Source: a virus. From it: DNA of 64,000 nt. Positions 1 to 7,469 of the stretch are shown here, in pieces (position 1 is the first letter of the stretch; each line of letters opens with the position of its first letter). The stretch lies in the IMG/VR virus record IMGVR_UViG_3300050120_000115, positions 1 through 64,000 of that record. The stretch is one strand, 5' to 3'. The position numbers were made by a program, and so were the translations under genes. Below the pieces are notes generated by a model. The model was not told the origin of the DNA. It did not search any database and saw only the letters and a program-made list of their open reading frames with translations.

Positions 1-32
1 TGAGTAGTGGTGGTCACGATGGCCGGGAGAGT

Positions 33-371
33 ATGGCCAGTGCCACCTACAAGGCCATCCACCCACACACCGGGGCAATTTACCACCTCACCCAGCCAGC
101 GGACACCACGTCCTACACGCGCACCTGTGGGTGTGTGGCCAAGCAACGTGGCGCACTGGGACGCACCCTAGAAATGGCCGTCGCGGGTAACGGGACCTCC
201 CAACACAGGCCGAGCACAATCACCGCCGCCCGTATCCTGAGCATGATTGAAAGTAAGCGAGACAACGCACAGGGCGTCCAGGTTGCCAAACGTGGCGTTT
301 GCTACGAGTTGCAACACAACACGGCAGTACGGGAGGTTGAAGGCATACGCGCCAAGTACCGACTGAAGTAA
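33..371 (+). CDS. hypothetical protein (112 aa)
   Basis: ORF with GGGAGAG upstream, followed by a terminator; no recognisable motif. Confidence 0.45.
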   Translation: MASATYKAIHPHTGAIYHLTQPADTTSYTRTCGCVAKQRGALGRTLEMAVAGNGTSQHRPSTITAARILSMIESKRDNAQGVQVAKRGVCYELQHNTAVREVEGIRAKYRLK

Positions 372-382
372 CACCTACTAGT

Positions 383-416
383 AAAAAGCCCGACCCTAAC
401 CCGGTCGGGCTTTTTT
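383..416. terminator. intrinsic terminator, possibly bidirectional
   Basis: AAAAAGCCCGACC-ctaaccc-GGTCGGGCTTTTTT. Confidence 0.85.
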
Positions 417-884
417 ACTGTCTCAGTGACGATACCGGGGCAAGGACGGTCACGATGGGATGATGATTAATTGGTGGGGTGGGTGATTTTTTGGTCAGTC
501 GGTGGGGGGGTGTCATTTTATGCATGTATATGCATGATAAGTCAGCGCTAGAAAGCGTGATTAGGAAGTTTCGAGTGCGGTACGCAAGCAGATCTAATCC
601 CAATTTTCATACTAATGAACCAATGTTCATGATCAAAGGAGGGGGATGGGATCAAAAGCACTAGGATCGATGGATAGGGGCCTGTACTGGCTCAGTTCGT
701 CCGCTAAAGTGAAATAGGTACTGGGTACTTAAAATAGATTATAGAGGCTGAGAAGGGCGTACAGCGCGTCATAATGGTGCAAAAAGTTGACATGGGGGCC
801 ATAACCCTGAGAATTGGGAATTTAGATAACTCCGTAGGCCCCGACCAAAAATTTTAGGCAGAAGAAAATACCTCTATATTAGTC

Positions 885-913
885 TTGACAACTGCACCAG
901 AGTGTGCTATACT
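885..913 (+). promoter_or_regulatory. sigma70/SigA-type promoter
   Basis: TTGACA-N17-TATACT with TGn extended -10. Confidence 0.8.
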
Positions 914-919
914 GTAATT

Positions 920-1090
920 CTCGTCAACTACGGCCATCTTGAGAATGCGGAATCCGTAGCTATCCTTCCTGGCTGTTCGGGAATTGGATATAAGTGGACC
1001 GAGATAGGTTCAGCGTAGGGGGGTTGCTCCCCCGAAACCACCCAAACGTCTCAAGCGTAGGGTGGCGTCCAAATGCATGTTTGGAGCCCG
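920..1090 (+). ncRNA. candidate structured ncRNA (six tandem hairpins)
   Basis: lies between two consensus promoters, no credible ORF; stems CTACGG/CCGTAG, TATCC-TTCC/GGAA-GGATA, TGGACC/GGTTCA, GGGGG/CCCCC, CCACCC/GGGTGG, TCCAAA/TTTGGA. Confidence 0.45.
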
Positions 1091-1103
1091 GTACAATTTA
1101 GGG

Positions 1104-1132
1104 TTGACAACTGCTGCAAAATATGCTATGGT
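1104..1132 (+). promoter_or_regulatory. promoter for leaderless mRNA
   Basis: TTGACA-N17-TATGGT, ATG 6 nt downstream (1139). Confidence 0.7.
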
Positions 1133-1138
1133 TGGATT

Positions 1139-1402
1139 ATGGGTACCGTTGATGAAACCGCTAATTTTCTGACCCGCGAGGCGTTAGAAGAACAAATACG
1201 CCTAGTAGAGGATGCGGAGATCCAGCCCGACTACTGGCCCACTCCCGAATGGTTGGCTATCCAGCGACACTACAATCCCGGATTCGATTTTCCCAGCGAA
1301 GCCTTATTGGATACGCAACAATGCTATGTAGATAAAATAGTGGAACTCAGCCGCCAGAGGGAATACGTAAAATCTCACTCGCGGGAATCCACCACTTCAT
1401 GA
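1139..1402 (+). CDS. hypothetical protein (87 aa)
   Basis: ORF starting at predicted TSS, followed by terminator. Confidence 0.6.
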   Translation: MGTVDETANFLTREALEEQIRLVEDAEIQPDYWPTPEWLAIQRHYNPGFDFPSEALLDTQQCYVDKIVELSRQREYVKSHSRESTTS

Positions 1403-1430
1403 GCGGATCAATCAATCTCAATGATTTGAA

Positions 1431-1450
1431 CACCCTTTCGGGTGCTTTTT
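1431..1450 (+). terminator. intrinsic terminator
   Basis: CACCC-tttc-GGGTG-CTTTTT. Confidence 0.65.
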
Positions 1451-1493
1451 GAAAAAATGCCTTGATAGAAAGATAGCGCTATGAATCATATCC

Positions 1494-1838
1494 TTAACTG
1501 GGATAGTACAGGCAGGGGACATCGGCTTTCAAGAGGCGTCTTTCCATGTCAGCGGTCCCGCTCCCTCCAGAAAAAACTAGAGCTAAATCAACGTCGAGAT
1601 CAAGCATTTCTTGATTCCTTATTCCTCCAGCGGCTTTCCCATATTCGTTCCACTTGGCCGGGTGGGGCTCAGTTACATGACCTAGATACTTGGCAGATCG
1701 AGCGGCGATGGAGTCTGTTCCGTGCGCGGCACCGTGAACTAGAATGTCACCTTCCTGAAGATTATCTCGCACCGCACGGTATATCAGGATAAAGTCGTAG
1801 TTATCTCTGCCGCCAGTTACTAGGACCCGTCTACTCAT
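1494..1838 (-). CDS. YspA/DUF2493-type SLOG family protein
   Basis: RVLVTGGRD...LVHGAAHGTD...W..YGKAAGGIRNQEML...FSGGSGTADM motifs. Confidence 0.85.
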   Translation of the reverse strand: MSRRVLVTGGRDNYDFILIYRAVRDNLQEGDILVHGAAHGTDSIAARSAKYLGHVTEPHPAKWNEYGKAAGGIRNQEMLDLDVDLALVFSGGSGTADMERRLLKADVPCLYYPS

Positions 1839-1999
1839 TACTTCTTTGTATCTTTATGTCCATAGACGTAAGCGGATCGTATAATGATAATCTCCATAAT
1901 GCCTAGGCATACTACCGCAATTCCGAACGCTGGATTAATGAACATCGCGGCAAGAAGGCAAGGCAGGATAAAAAAGAAGAATCCGAAGAAGGCTATCAT
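1838..1999 (-). CDS. small membrane protein (53 aa, below ORF-track cutoff)
   Basis: MIAFFGFFFFILPCLLAAMFINPAFGIAVVCLGIMEIII...; overlaps start/stop of both neighbours. Confidence 0.6.
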   Translation of the reverse strand: MIAFFGFFFFILPCLLAAMFINPAFGIAVVCLGIMEIIIIRSAYVYGHKDTKK

Positions 2000-2196
2000 G
2001 CGTCCACGTACACTTCTGTTTCTTGTTGAAACCTAAACTCTTCCACTTTGCATCTTCCTTCTACTAGGTCCTCATGATCCCATGGGATGTTATTATTGAT
2101 CTTTAGTTCACGAATTATCTTATTCAATTTCAATATCTTTCCCTCTAGCCGCAAAATGTTTGGAGCTTCAGGACTTGAATATGTTGGTATTCTCAT
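1996..2196 (-). CDS. hypothetical protein
   Basis: translationally coupled between rtcB and the next gene. Confidence 0.6.
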   Translation of the reverse strand: MRIPTYSSPEAPNILRLEGKILKLNKIIRELKINNNIPWDHEDLVEGRCKVEEFRFQQETEVYVDA

Positions 2197-4301
2197 TATT
2201 TGACTCCTTTATAATTTAGGATTTGATGGAGACGATGATCGATGCGGGTTAGTTCCTTCTGGTTCTCCATAACTTCGTCAATAGATTTGTAGGCTAGCGG
2301 AGATTCATCGAGCAGTTGCTCAGCGTCTCTGTCATTCCACGACTTTCCTGCCATGGCCTCATTAAGTCCTTCAACTGTTAGGGTCTTCTTTGCGGCCCCC
2401 CGAGACAAACGACGACCAGCCCCGTGAGAAGACGAGTTGAATGACTGCGGGTTGCCAAGTCCGGTAGTGATGAAGGAGGCCGCTCCCATACTTCCCGGAA
2501 TAACTCCCCGGTCGCCCTTGTCGGCTTTGATTGCCCCCTTGCGTGTTACCCATAATCTCTTCCCATCGTAAGTCTCTTGCGCTGTGAAGTTATGGTGGCA
2601 GTTGATCTTCTCCTCTGCCTTAACGCCCTCGCCGTCGAAACCATTTTTATTCATGAAGTTTTGTACGGCCTCGAATGCGCCGTTCATCATAACCTCACGG
2701 TTCTGTAGAGCCCATGACTGAGCCCATAGAAGGTCAGCAATATAGGCGTTGAAGTCCTTATTCCCCTCCAAGAAGTATGCAAGATCGGGGTCAGGTAGCC
2801 TCTCACCCATCTCTTGCATAAGGGTCTTGGCGATTTTGATATGGTACGTCGCCAGTTGATTTCCAATTCCCCGAGAGCCAGAATGGAGAACTAGCCATAC
2901 ACGATCTAATTCGTCTAAGCATACCTCCACAAAGTGGTTACCAGCACCTAGGGTTCCCATCTGGTCGGTAATCGTGTTGATCTGTTTTCCAGTAAGCTTC
3001 GTAGATCCGTTATATGACGGAACCTTTTTGGTATGGCGCATACGATCCCAGTCAGAGGCGAACTCGTGTCCTTGGCCAACGCCGGAAGGAACAGCCTTAC
3101 GAATCAGGCCATGTAACTCTCCAAGGTCGTCAGGTAGATCGTTAGAGGTAAGATTTAGACGCATAGCGATCATCCCGCAGTTGTGTACGAACACTCCAGC
3201 AGCCAGTGCAAAGTTACCGAACTCTGGAACGTTCAGACAATATACGTCTTCAGTATTAGAAGTAATCTCTACAGAGATTACTTTGTGGTTAGACATCGCA
3301 TGTTCACGCTGCTTATGCCAACGATGGGAAGCAAGGTTTTTGCTTTCTTCTCCACAGTCATCGCAAACTTTAGTGCTTACGTTTGCTTTGGCCAAAAACG
3401 GCGCTCCTCGCTCTCCGTTACCGGCTACAGAAGCTATCCACTCTTCGTGATGTTCTTCCATATAACGAGTAATGTTTTCAGTTCCAACACGAGCACGCTT
3501 CCCCTTTATTATGGGGTTAGCGTTAGAAACCCTCATGCCTTCAAGACGCTTTTCCTGAAATAGCAGATCACTATTATCAAACTTCTTTCCCACAGATCGG
3601 TGGTAAGCAGAATGAGCGGCAGCTGTCATTGAAGTAAGGTTTTCGATACGGTTATCGAAGTGGCAGTGGTTTAGGTGATGCACAACATCACCTTTCTGTG
3701 CAGGGCCATTGAATTGTTCCCATATACGAACATGGGTCATCTTACCATCGCCAGTTCCGGTGTGAGCACTCTCATAGCCATCACGGGTTGACCACTTGCG
3801 ATATAGGGGCATTAGACTATCATTGAACTTTAGGTCTTTAGCTTCTCTGTACGTACCGTCTCTTAGCATAAACTGGTGATCAGGAGTGCAGACGATCTCT
3901 TCTCCACCAGAAATTATTACACGCATTAACCCCGCGTTTTGTCGTGTCAGGTGTGCCGTAGCAAGACCTGCAACAATTTCATGGTTTTCATCAAGAGAAT
4001 AAACCCAAAAAGGGTCACGCCCTACAAGGTTTTTTAAGGTCTCTTGTCTGCCGTCAAGGAGTGGCACTTTTGTATCACCAACAAAACAGCCGATATCCAC
4101 ACCTACCGCATAAGGAATTATTGCCCCATCTGTTGCAATTACGGAACCAACTGGTACACCGTATCCCTGGTGACCGTCAGCCATAACCGCTACTGGCTTA
4201 GCGACGAACGGAAGCTTGGCTACATTAGTAGCCTGCTGTACGGCACCGGCCTCCAAATTAGGGTCCCAGCTCAGTACATCTGGTGTTAATAGTTCTGGCA
4301 T
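2196..4301 (-). CDS. rtcB: RtcB RNA ligase containing an intein
   Basis: MADGHQGYGVPVGSV, VGVDIG|CG, GTLGAGNHFVE, LHSGSRG, CHHN, RKGA, PGSMG, SHGAGR, DESPLAYK motifs. Confidence 0.95.
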   Translation of the reverse strand: MPELLTPDVLSWDPNLEAGAVQQATNVAKLPFVAKPVAVMADGHQGYGVPVGSVIATDGAIIPYAVGVDIGCFVGDTKVPLLDGRQETLKNLVGRDPFWVYSLDENHEIVAGLATAHLTRQNAGLMRVIISGGEEIVCTPDHQFMLRDGTYREAKDLKFNDSLMPLYRKWSTRDGYESAHTGTGDGKMTHVRIWEQFNGPAQKGDVVHHLNHCHFDNRIENLTSMTAAAHSAYHRSVGKKFDNSDLLFQEKRLEGMRVSNANPIIKGKRARVGTENITRYMEEHHEEWIASVAGNGERGAPFLAKANVSTKVCDDCGEESKNLASHRWHKQREHAMSNHKVISVEITSNTEDVYCLNVPEFGNFALAAGVFVHNCGMIAMRLNLTSNDLPDDLGELHGLIRKAVPSGVGQGHEFASDWDRMRHTKKVPSYNGSTKLTGKQINTITDQMGTLGAGNHFVEVCLDELDRVWLVLHSGSRGIGNQLATYHIKIAKTLMQEMGERLPDPDLAYFLEGNKDFNAYIADLLWAQSWALQNREVMMNGAFEAVQNFMNKNGFDGEGVKAEEKINCHHNFTAQETYDGKRLWVTRKGAIKADKGDRGVIPGSMGAASFITTGLGNPQSFNSSSHGAGRRLSRGAAKKTLTVEGLNEAMAGKSWNDRDAEQLLDESPLAYKSIDEVMENQKELTRIDHRLHQILNYKGVK
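3180..4088 (-). mobile_element. intein (303 aa) with HNH homing endonuclease and a C2H2-like finger
   Basis: starts CFVGDTKV, block B CTPDHQF, ends VFVHN before extein Cys; internal HVRIWE...VVHHLNHCHFDNRIENL; CDDC...HRWHKQREH. Confidence 0.93.
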
Positions 4302-4303
4302 TG

Positions 4304-4456
4304 TTAGTAGTTCCTTGCTCCGATGTCCATAAATAAGTATCCAACTAAGTAAGATCCTATCATGAATACGTAACGCCATGTTGGTATATGTGTTAAGAAT
4401 AGTTCGGTTCCAAATACCATAGACATACCTGCTGGGATTTTGTATCTAAGCTTCAT
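4304..4456 (-). CDS. small membrane protein
   Basis: 50 aa, two hydrophobic stretches, AAGGGG RBS. Confidence 0.55.
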   Translation of the reverse strand: MKLRYKIPAGMSMVFGTELFLTHIPTWRYVFMIGSYLVGYLFMDIGARNY

Positions 4457-4478
4457 CGATTTCCCCTTCTTATGAAAC

Positions 4479-5420
4479 TCATAGTTCAATCCCTGCGTGG
4501 CCAATGCACTCTAATGCCTGATTTTTCAAGTCCTCAGGTGAGCCTTCGTTTTGAATATTGTAGTCCTCAAATCCAAGTGATGCGGTCTCTGAGATGTGAT
4601 CATTTATAGGTCCATAGCCTTTACGATTTACACGGATTATTACTCCACCGCGCTCCTTAATGGACGAGCACTCATTTGGAAAACGGCAATCAGAAATAAC
4701 AAGTCGTGCATTGTTGGGTGAGTTGAGCAATGCATCTACCCATACATTATCTCCCAAAACACTGCGTCCAGCATCAGTACCTAAACGCTGTAAGAGCTGT
4801 CGTATCTCAGGAACTTCTTTCTTGGCTGTCTCCCAGCCATAGAAATCCACATAATCCCTGACTCTAACGACACCGTTGTTACCAAAATTGTCACCAACCT
4901 TTGCCCAGTTGGGCGCGGGGAGGATGGGATTCAGAGCATACAGCATAGAACGAAGATTATCTGCAAATCCCTTACGTTGAAAATTGAAATCACCAACAAG
5001 TAGATTAGCTAAAGTATCCTTACCAACTTGAGCGTATCCAGTCAGACCAATAAGAAGTTCCTTCTCTAAGTAAGAGTTGTCTGCGTCAACACGGTACATA
5101 TCTAGCTTAAGTTTTCCGGCGAATGCGCGCTCCAGTGCAGCACCTTTACTATGTTGCCAGCCGGGGATGAAGGCAATAGCAGAACACTCCGTCAATGCCC
5201 TATAGTCACGTACCATAGCAGCATGATAGTCTTCTGCCGTGAAATCCCTATTCTCCCACTCTGGGTCATTGGGATCATGTCCCGCTTGCCTATCTAAATC
5301 AGCAGGAGAAATAGCGTCCCATCCGTTGTCACGCAAGAACTGTGCATTACGGTCAAAGGCAGGGAAGTTAGATTTCTCATATCCGGTCATACCGCCTGCA
5401 ACATAGATTCTCTTGTTCAT
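4479..5420 (-). CDS. DUF4406 (nucleoside deoxyribosyltransferase-like) fused to deoxynucleoside monophosphate kinase
   Basis: N-term IYVAGGMTG..NFPAF...PGWQHSKGAALE; C-term IGLTGYAQVGKDT, RQLLQRLGTD, VISDCRFPNE, HISE. Confidence 0.85.
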   Translation of the reverse strand: MNKRIYVAGGMTGYEKSNFPAFDRNAQFLRDNGWDAISPADLDRQAGHDPNDPEWENRDFTAEDYHAAMVRDYRALTECSAIAFIPGWQHSKGAALERAFAGKLKLDMYRVDADNSYLEKELLIGLTGYAQVGKDTLANLLVGDFNFQRKGFADNLRSMLYALNPILPAPNWAKVGDNFGNNGVVRVRDYVDFYGWETAKKEVPEIRQLLQRLGTDAGRSVLGDNVWVDALLNSPNNARLVISDCRFPNECSSIKERGGVIIRVNRKGYGPINDHISETASLGFEDYNIQNEGSPEDLKNQALECIGHAGIEL

Positions 5421-6124
5421 CGTCCGTCTGCCCATTCCAGAGAAGATTTTAGGTCGAATAACTCGTCATAGGTCTCACGCCATTTATCACGCCACCAATT
5501 GGCGCGCTCTGTTTCCGCCTCTACGTCAGCATCAACATTTAGTGGTGGAGTCTTGATCTTAGGAGCCTTAATACCGTAGTGATTCAGGGTATCGAGATTA
5601 GCCTGGGCCACAGCCTTCCAGTAGGAGATTTCCTTCTTGCGACCCTTGGCCTGCTCTGTAAGCATATCGAGTTGCTTCCTCTGGTCCTTCACTCGGCGCT
5701 GAAGATTTTTACGCTCTACAGCTTTTGGCCCCTCTTGTGCAACTTCTTCAGCATGAAACTCCGAATAGTCAACATCCATTAAATTGTGGACGCCTGGGGA
5801 GACGGGATCTTTTGGTGCATATTGGTCATACCATCTTGTTCCATTCCCGTTTTCGGCGGGGGAAGACTGGGATTTATGAAACTCGCGCTCAGCGATGAAA
5901 CCACCCACCTCCTCTTTAAGAGCTTCCAACTCATCAACCGTCTCATTATGGATCTTCGCCATTGCGTCCCATTCCGCGATGGGGAAAATAACGGCAACAG
6001 AAGCACGAGTCGCAGGATCACACACGAGGACCGAAGGCCCACCATGATGCTCTATCGCACGCATAACTGCGTAGGCTGTATTACGATCCTCAAGTTGCTG
6101 GACCAAGGGATTTCTATCTGCCAT
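5417..6124 (-). CDS. hypothetical coiled-coil protein
   Basis: GGAGG RBS, own promoter, coupled to the next gene. Confidence 0.7.
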   Translation of the reverse strand: MADRNPLVQQLEDRNTAYAVMRAIEHHGGPSVLVCDPATRASVAVIFPIAEWDAMAKIHNETVDELEALKEEVGGFIAEREFHKSQSSPAENGNGTRWYDQYAPKDPVSPGVHNLMDVDYSEFHAEEVAQEGPKAVERKNLQRRVKDQRKQLDMLTEQAKGRKKEISYWKAVAQANLDTLNHYGIKAPKIKTPPLNVDADVEAETERANWWRDKWRETYDELFDLKSSLEWADGR

Positions 6125-6150
6125 TGTTTTCCTCCACTTAGAATAAGTAA

Positions 6151-6179
6151 AGGTTACCACAGAAAAGCTAATAAGTCAA
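6151..6179 (-). promoter_or_regulatory. promoter of the rtcB block
   Basis: TTGACT-N17-TAACCT with TGn. Confidence 0.65.
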
Positions 6180-6205
6180 TAGTGAATTTTGGTTTGGGAG
6201 AAGAA

Positions 6206-6322
6206 TGGCCCCACGGGAAGGATTTGAACCTTCTAACTATAGACTAACTCAGTAATCCACTCCGTCCTAGTATGAAGTGGTCCGTTATTCTAGCCATCAC
6301 GCATCACCGAACTACGCGTGGG
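6206..6322 (-). ncRNA. 117-nt tRNA-like RNA with enlarged D-loop and insert at the anticodon position
   Basis: CCCACG/CGTGGG-G-CCA acceptor end, perfect T-arm GAAGG-TTCAAAT-CCTTC; 37-nt region in place of a 7-nt anticodon loop. Confidence 0.6.
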
Positions 6323-6324
6323 AA

Positions 6325-6398
6325 TGGTCCGGGCGGCAGGGAATGATCCTACGGGGGCAAATTTATAAGATTTGCTTGAATGACCAATTCACACCCGG
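6325..6398 (-). tRNA. tRNA-Ile(UAU), atypical D arm and T loop
   Basis: CCGGGTG/CGCCCGG-A-CCA; CAAAT-CT TAT AA-ATTTG. Confidence 0.7.
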
Positions 6399-6400
6399 TC

Positions 6401-6475
6401 TGGTAGGGAATGCAGGAATCGGACCCGCACCTGGTAGGTAGAAACTACTAGCTCTATCCATTAAGCTAATTCCCC
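6401..6475 (-). tRNA. tRNA-Arg(UCU)
   Basis: cloverleaf, loop TT TCT AC, CCA encoded. Confidence 0.85.
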
Positions 6476-6479
6476 AAGT

Positions 6480-6648
6480 TGGTTACTTTCCGGGTAACCA
6501 CTCCTCTGAGACTGTGAGTACCACCCACCTTCATCTCAGCACTCCTGATTTCCCGCCATGAATATTCTTCTGGTTAGGAAGACTCCTCTAGCTCTTTAGC
6601 GTCTAGCACTCTGCCCTCACACGGCACCGGTACGTCATTTGTGTTCGA
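6480..6648 (-). ncRNA. candidate structured RNA with AGGAGU repeated every 41 nt
   Basis: directly downstream of a consensus promoter; hairpins separated by (G/C)AGGAGT. Confidence 0.4.
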
Positions 6649-6653
6649 TATCA

Positions 6654-6682
6654 AGTGTAGCATATTTTGCGACAGTTGTCAA
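6654..6682 (-). promoter_or_regulatory. promoter for the left tRNA sub-cluster
   Basis: TTGACA-N17-TACACT with TGn. Confidence 0.8.
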
Positions 6683-6689
6683 GTAATAC

Positions 6690-6718
6690 TTGCAATTTTT
6701 AAAAAGATATGCTATACT
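6690..6718 (+). promoter_or_regulatory. divergent promoter
   Basis: TTGCAA-N17-TATACT with TGn. Confidence 0.7.
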
Positions 6719-6768
6719 AATCATATCAGTATAGAGAATCGCTAATATTTATTGAGAAAGGTTGCATC

Positions 6769-6951
6769 ATGAACTTCCACAAAATTAGCTTCTATCGGAC
6801 GGTAGCGGCTATATGCTTTGCGATAATGGCTTTCCTCGTTGTTCCGCCGATTACACTTTTTTTCACCGTTACCTGGCCGTTCCTTTTGGCTATCGGGCTG
6901 TTCTTCTGGGTAATCGATGGAATCATTAGCAAGAAGCCGCCGACTCCGTAA
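6769..6951 (+). CDS. small two-TM membrane protein, inverted within the tRNA array
   Basis: 60 aa hydrophobic ORF, AAGGT RBS, own promoter. Confidence 0.7.
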   Translation: MNFHKISFYRTVAAICFAIMAFLVVPPITLFFTVTWPFLLAIGLFFWVIDGIISKKPPTP

Positions 6952-6955
6952 TTTG

Positions 6956-7028
6956 CTCCCCACCAAGGATTCGAACCTCAAACTGTTGATTCAGAGTCAA
7001 CTATGTTAGCCAGTTACACCAACGGGGA
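6956..7028 (-). tRNA. tRNA-Gln(CUG)
   Basis: GTTGA-CT CTG AA-TCAAC; TTCGAAT T-loop. Confidence 0.9.
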
Positions 7029-7040
7029 ATGTTTACTGCG

Positions 7041-7126
7041 CGGAAGATACAGGACTTGAACCTGTACGCCCTATGAAGGACGGATGGATTAGCAATCCAC
7101 TGCGCTACCAGTTACGCCAATCTTCC
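7041..7126 (-). tRNA. tRNA-Ser(GCU)
   Basis: GTGGA-TT GCT AA-TCCAT, long variable arm. Confidence 0.9.
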
Positions 7127-7131
7127 ATTTG

Positions 7132-7208
7132 CTTAGGGTCTAGGCTTCGAACCTAGAGTTATGTCCTATTTCAAAGATAGGCGAGTCTACCAATTCCTCC
7201 AACCCTAA
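7132..7208 (-). tRNA. tRNA-Gln(UUG)
   Basis: CCTAT-CT TTG AA-ATAGG; TTAGGGT/ACCCTAA acceptor. Confidence 0.8.
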
Positions 7209-7396
7209 ATGCTTACTTCTTTACAAAACCTTTCATACCACTCTGACAAACAATCGTTACAACCGTCCAGAACAGCCCCAGAGTAATTTACTAGAACCTC
7301 TTCACAAGACATTTTATCATTGTGAACAAAGCTCTGATCATCGAAATGATAATGAATCTCTTCGAGAGCCCTTTTGTAGCGTTCTTCATTTGTCAT
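7205..7396 (-). CDS. small Cys-containing hypothetical protein between tRNAs
   Basis: 63 aa ORF exactly filling an inter-tRNA gap. Confidence 0.55.
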   Translation of the reverse strand: MTNEERYKRALEEIHYHFDDQSFVHNDKMSCEEVLVNYSGAVLDGCNDCLSEWYERFCKEVSI

Positions 7397-7398
7397 AG

Positions 7399-7469
7399 TC
7401 CTGATCTAGAGAGTCGAACTCTAACTGAAGGTTTGAGCTTCAGTCCTCTACCAGTTGGGATACATCAGG
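7399..7469 (-). tRNA. tRNA with CAA (Leu) anticodon lacking the long variable arm
   Basis: CTGAAG-CT CAA AC-CTTCAG; TAGAG-TTCGACT-CTCTA. Confidence 0.6.

Noticed and set aside
1481-1792. Plus-strand 103-aa ORF
   Set aside because: Fully antisense to the well-supported SLOG gene
6480-6620. CRISPR mini-array (41-nt periodicity)
   Set aside because: The repeated unit is only 6-8 nt and no cas genes are present
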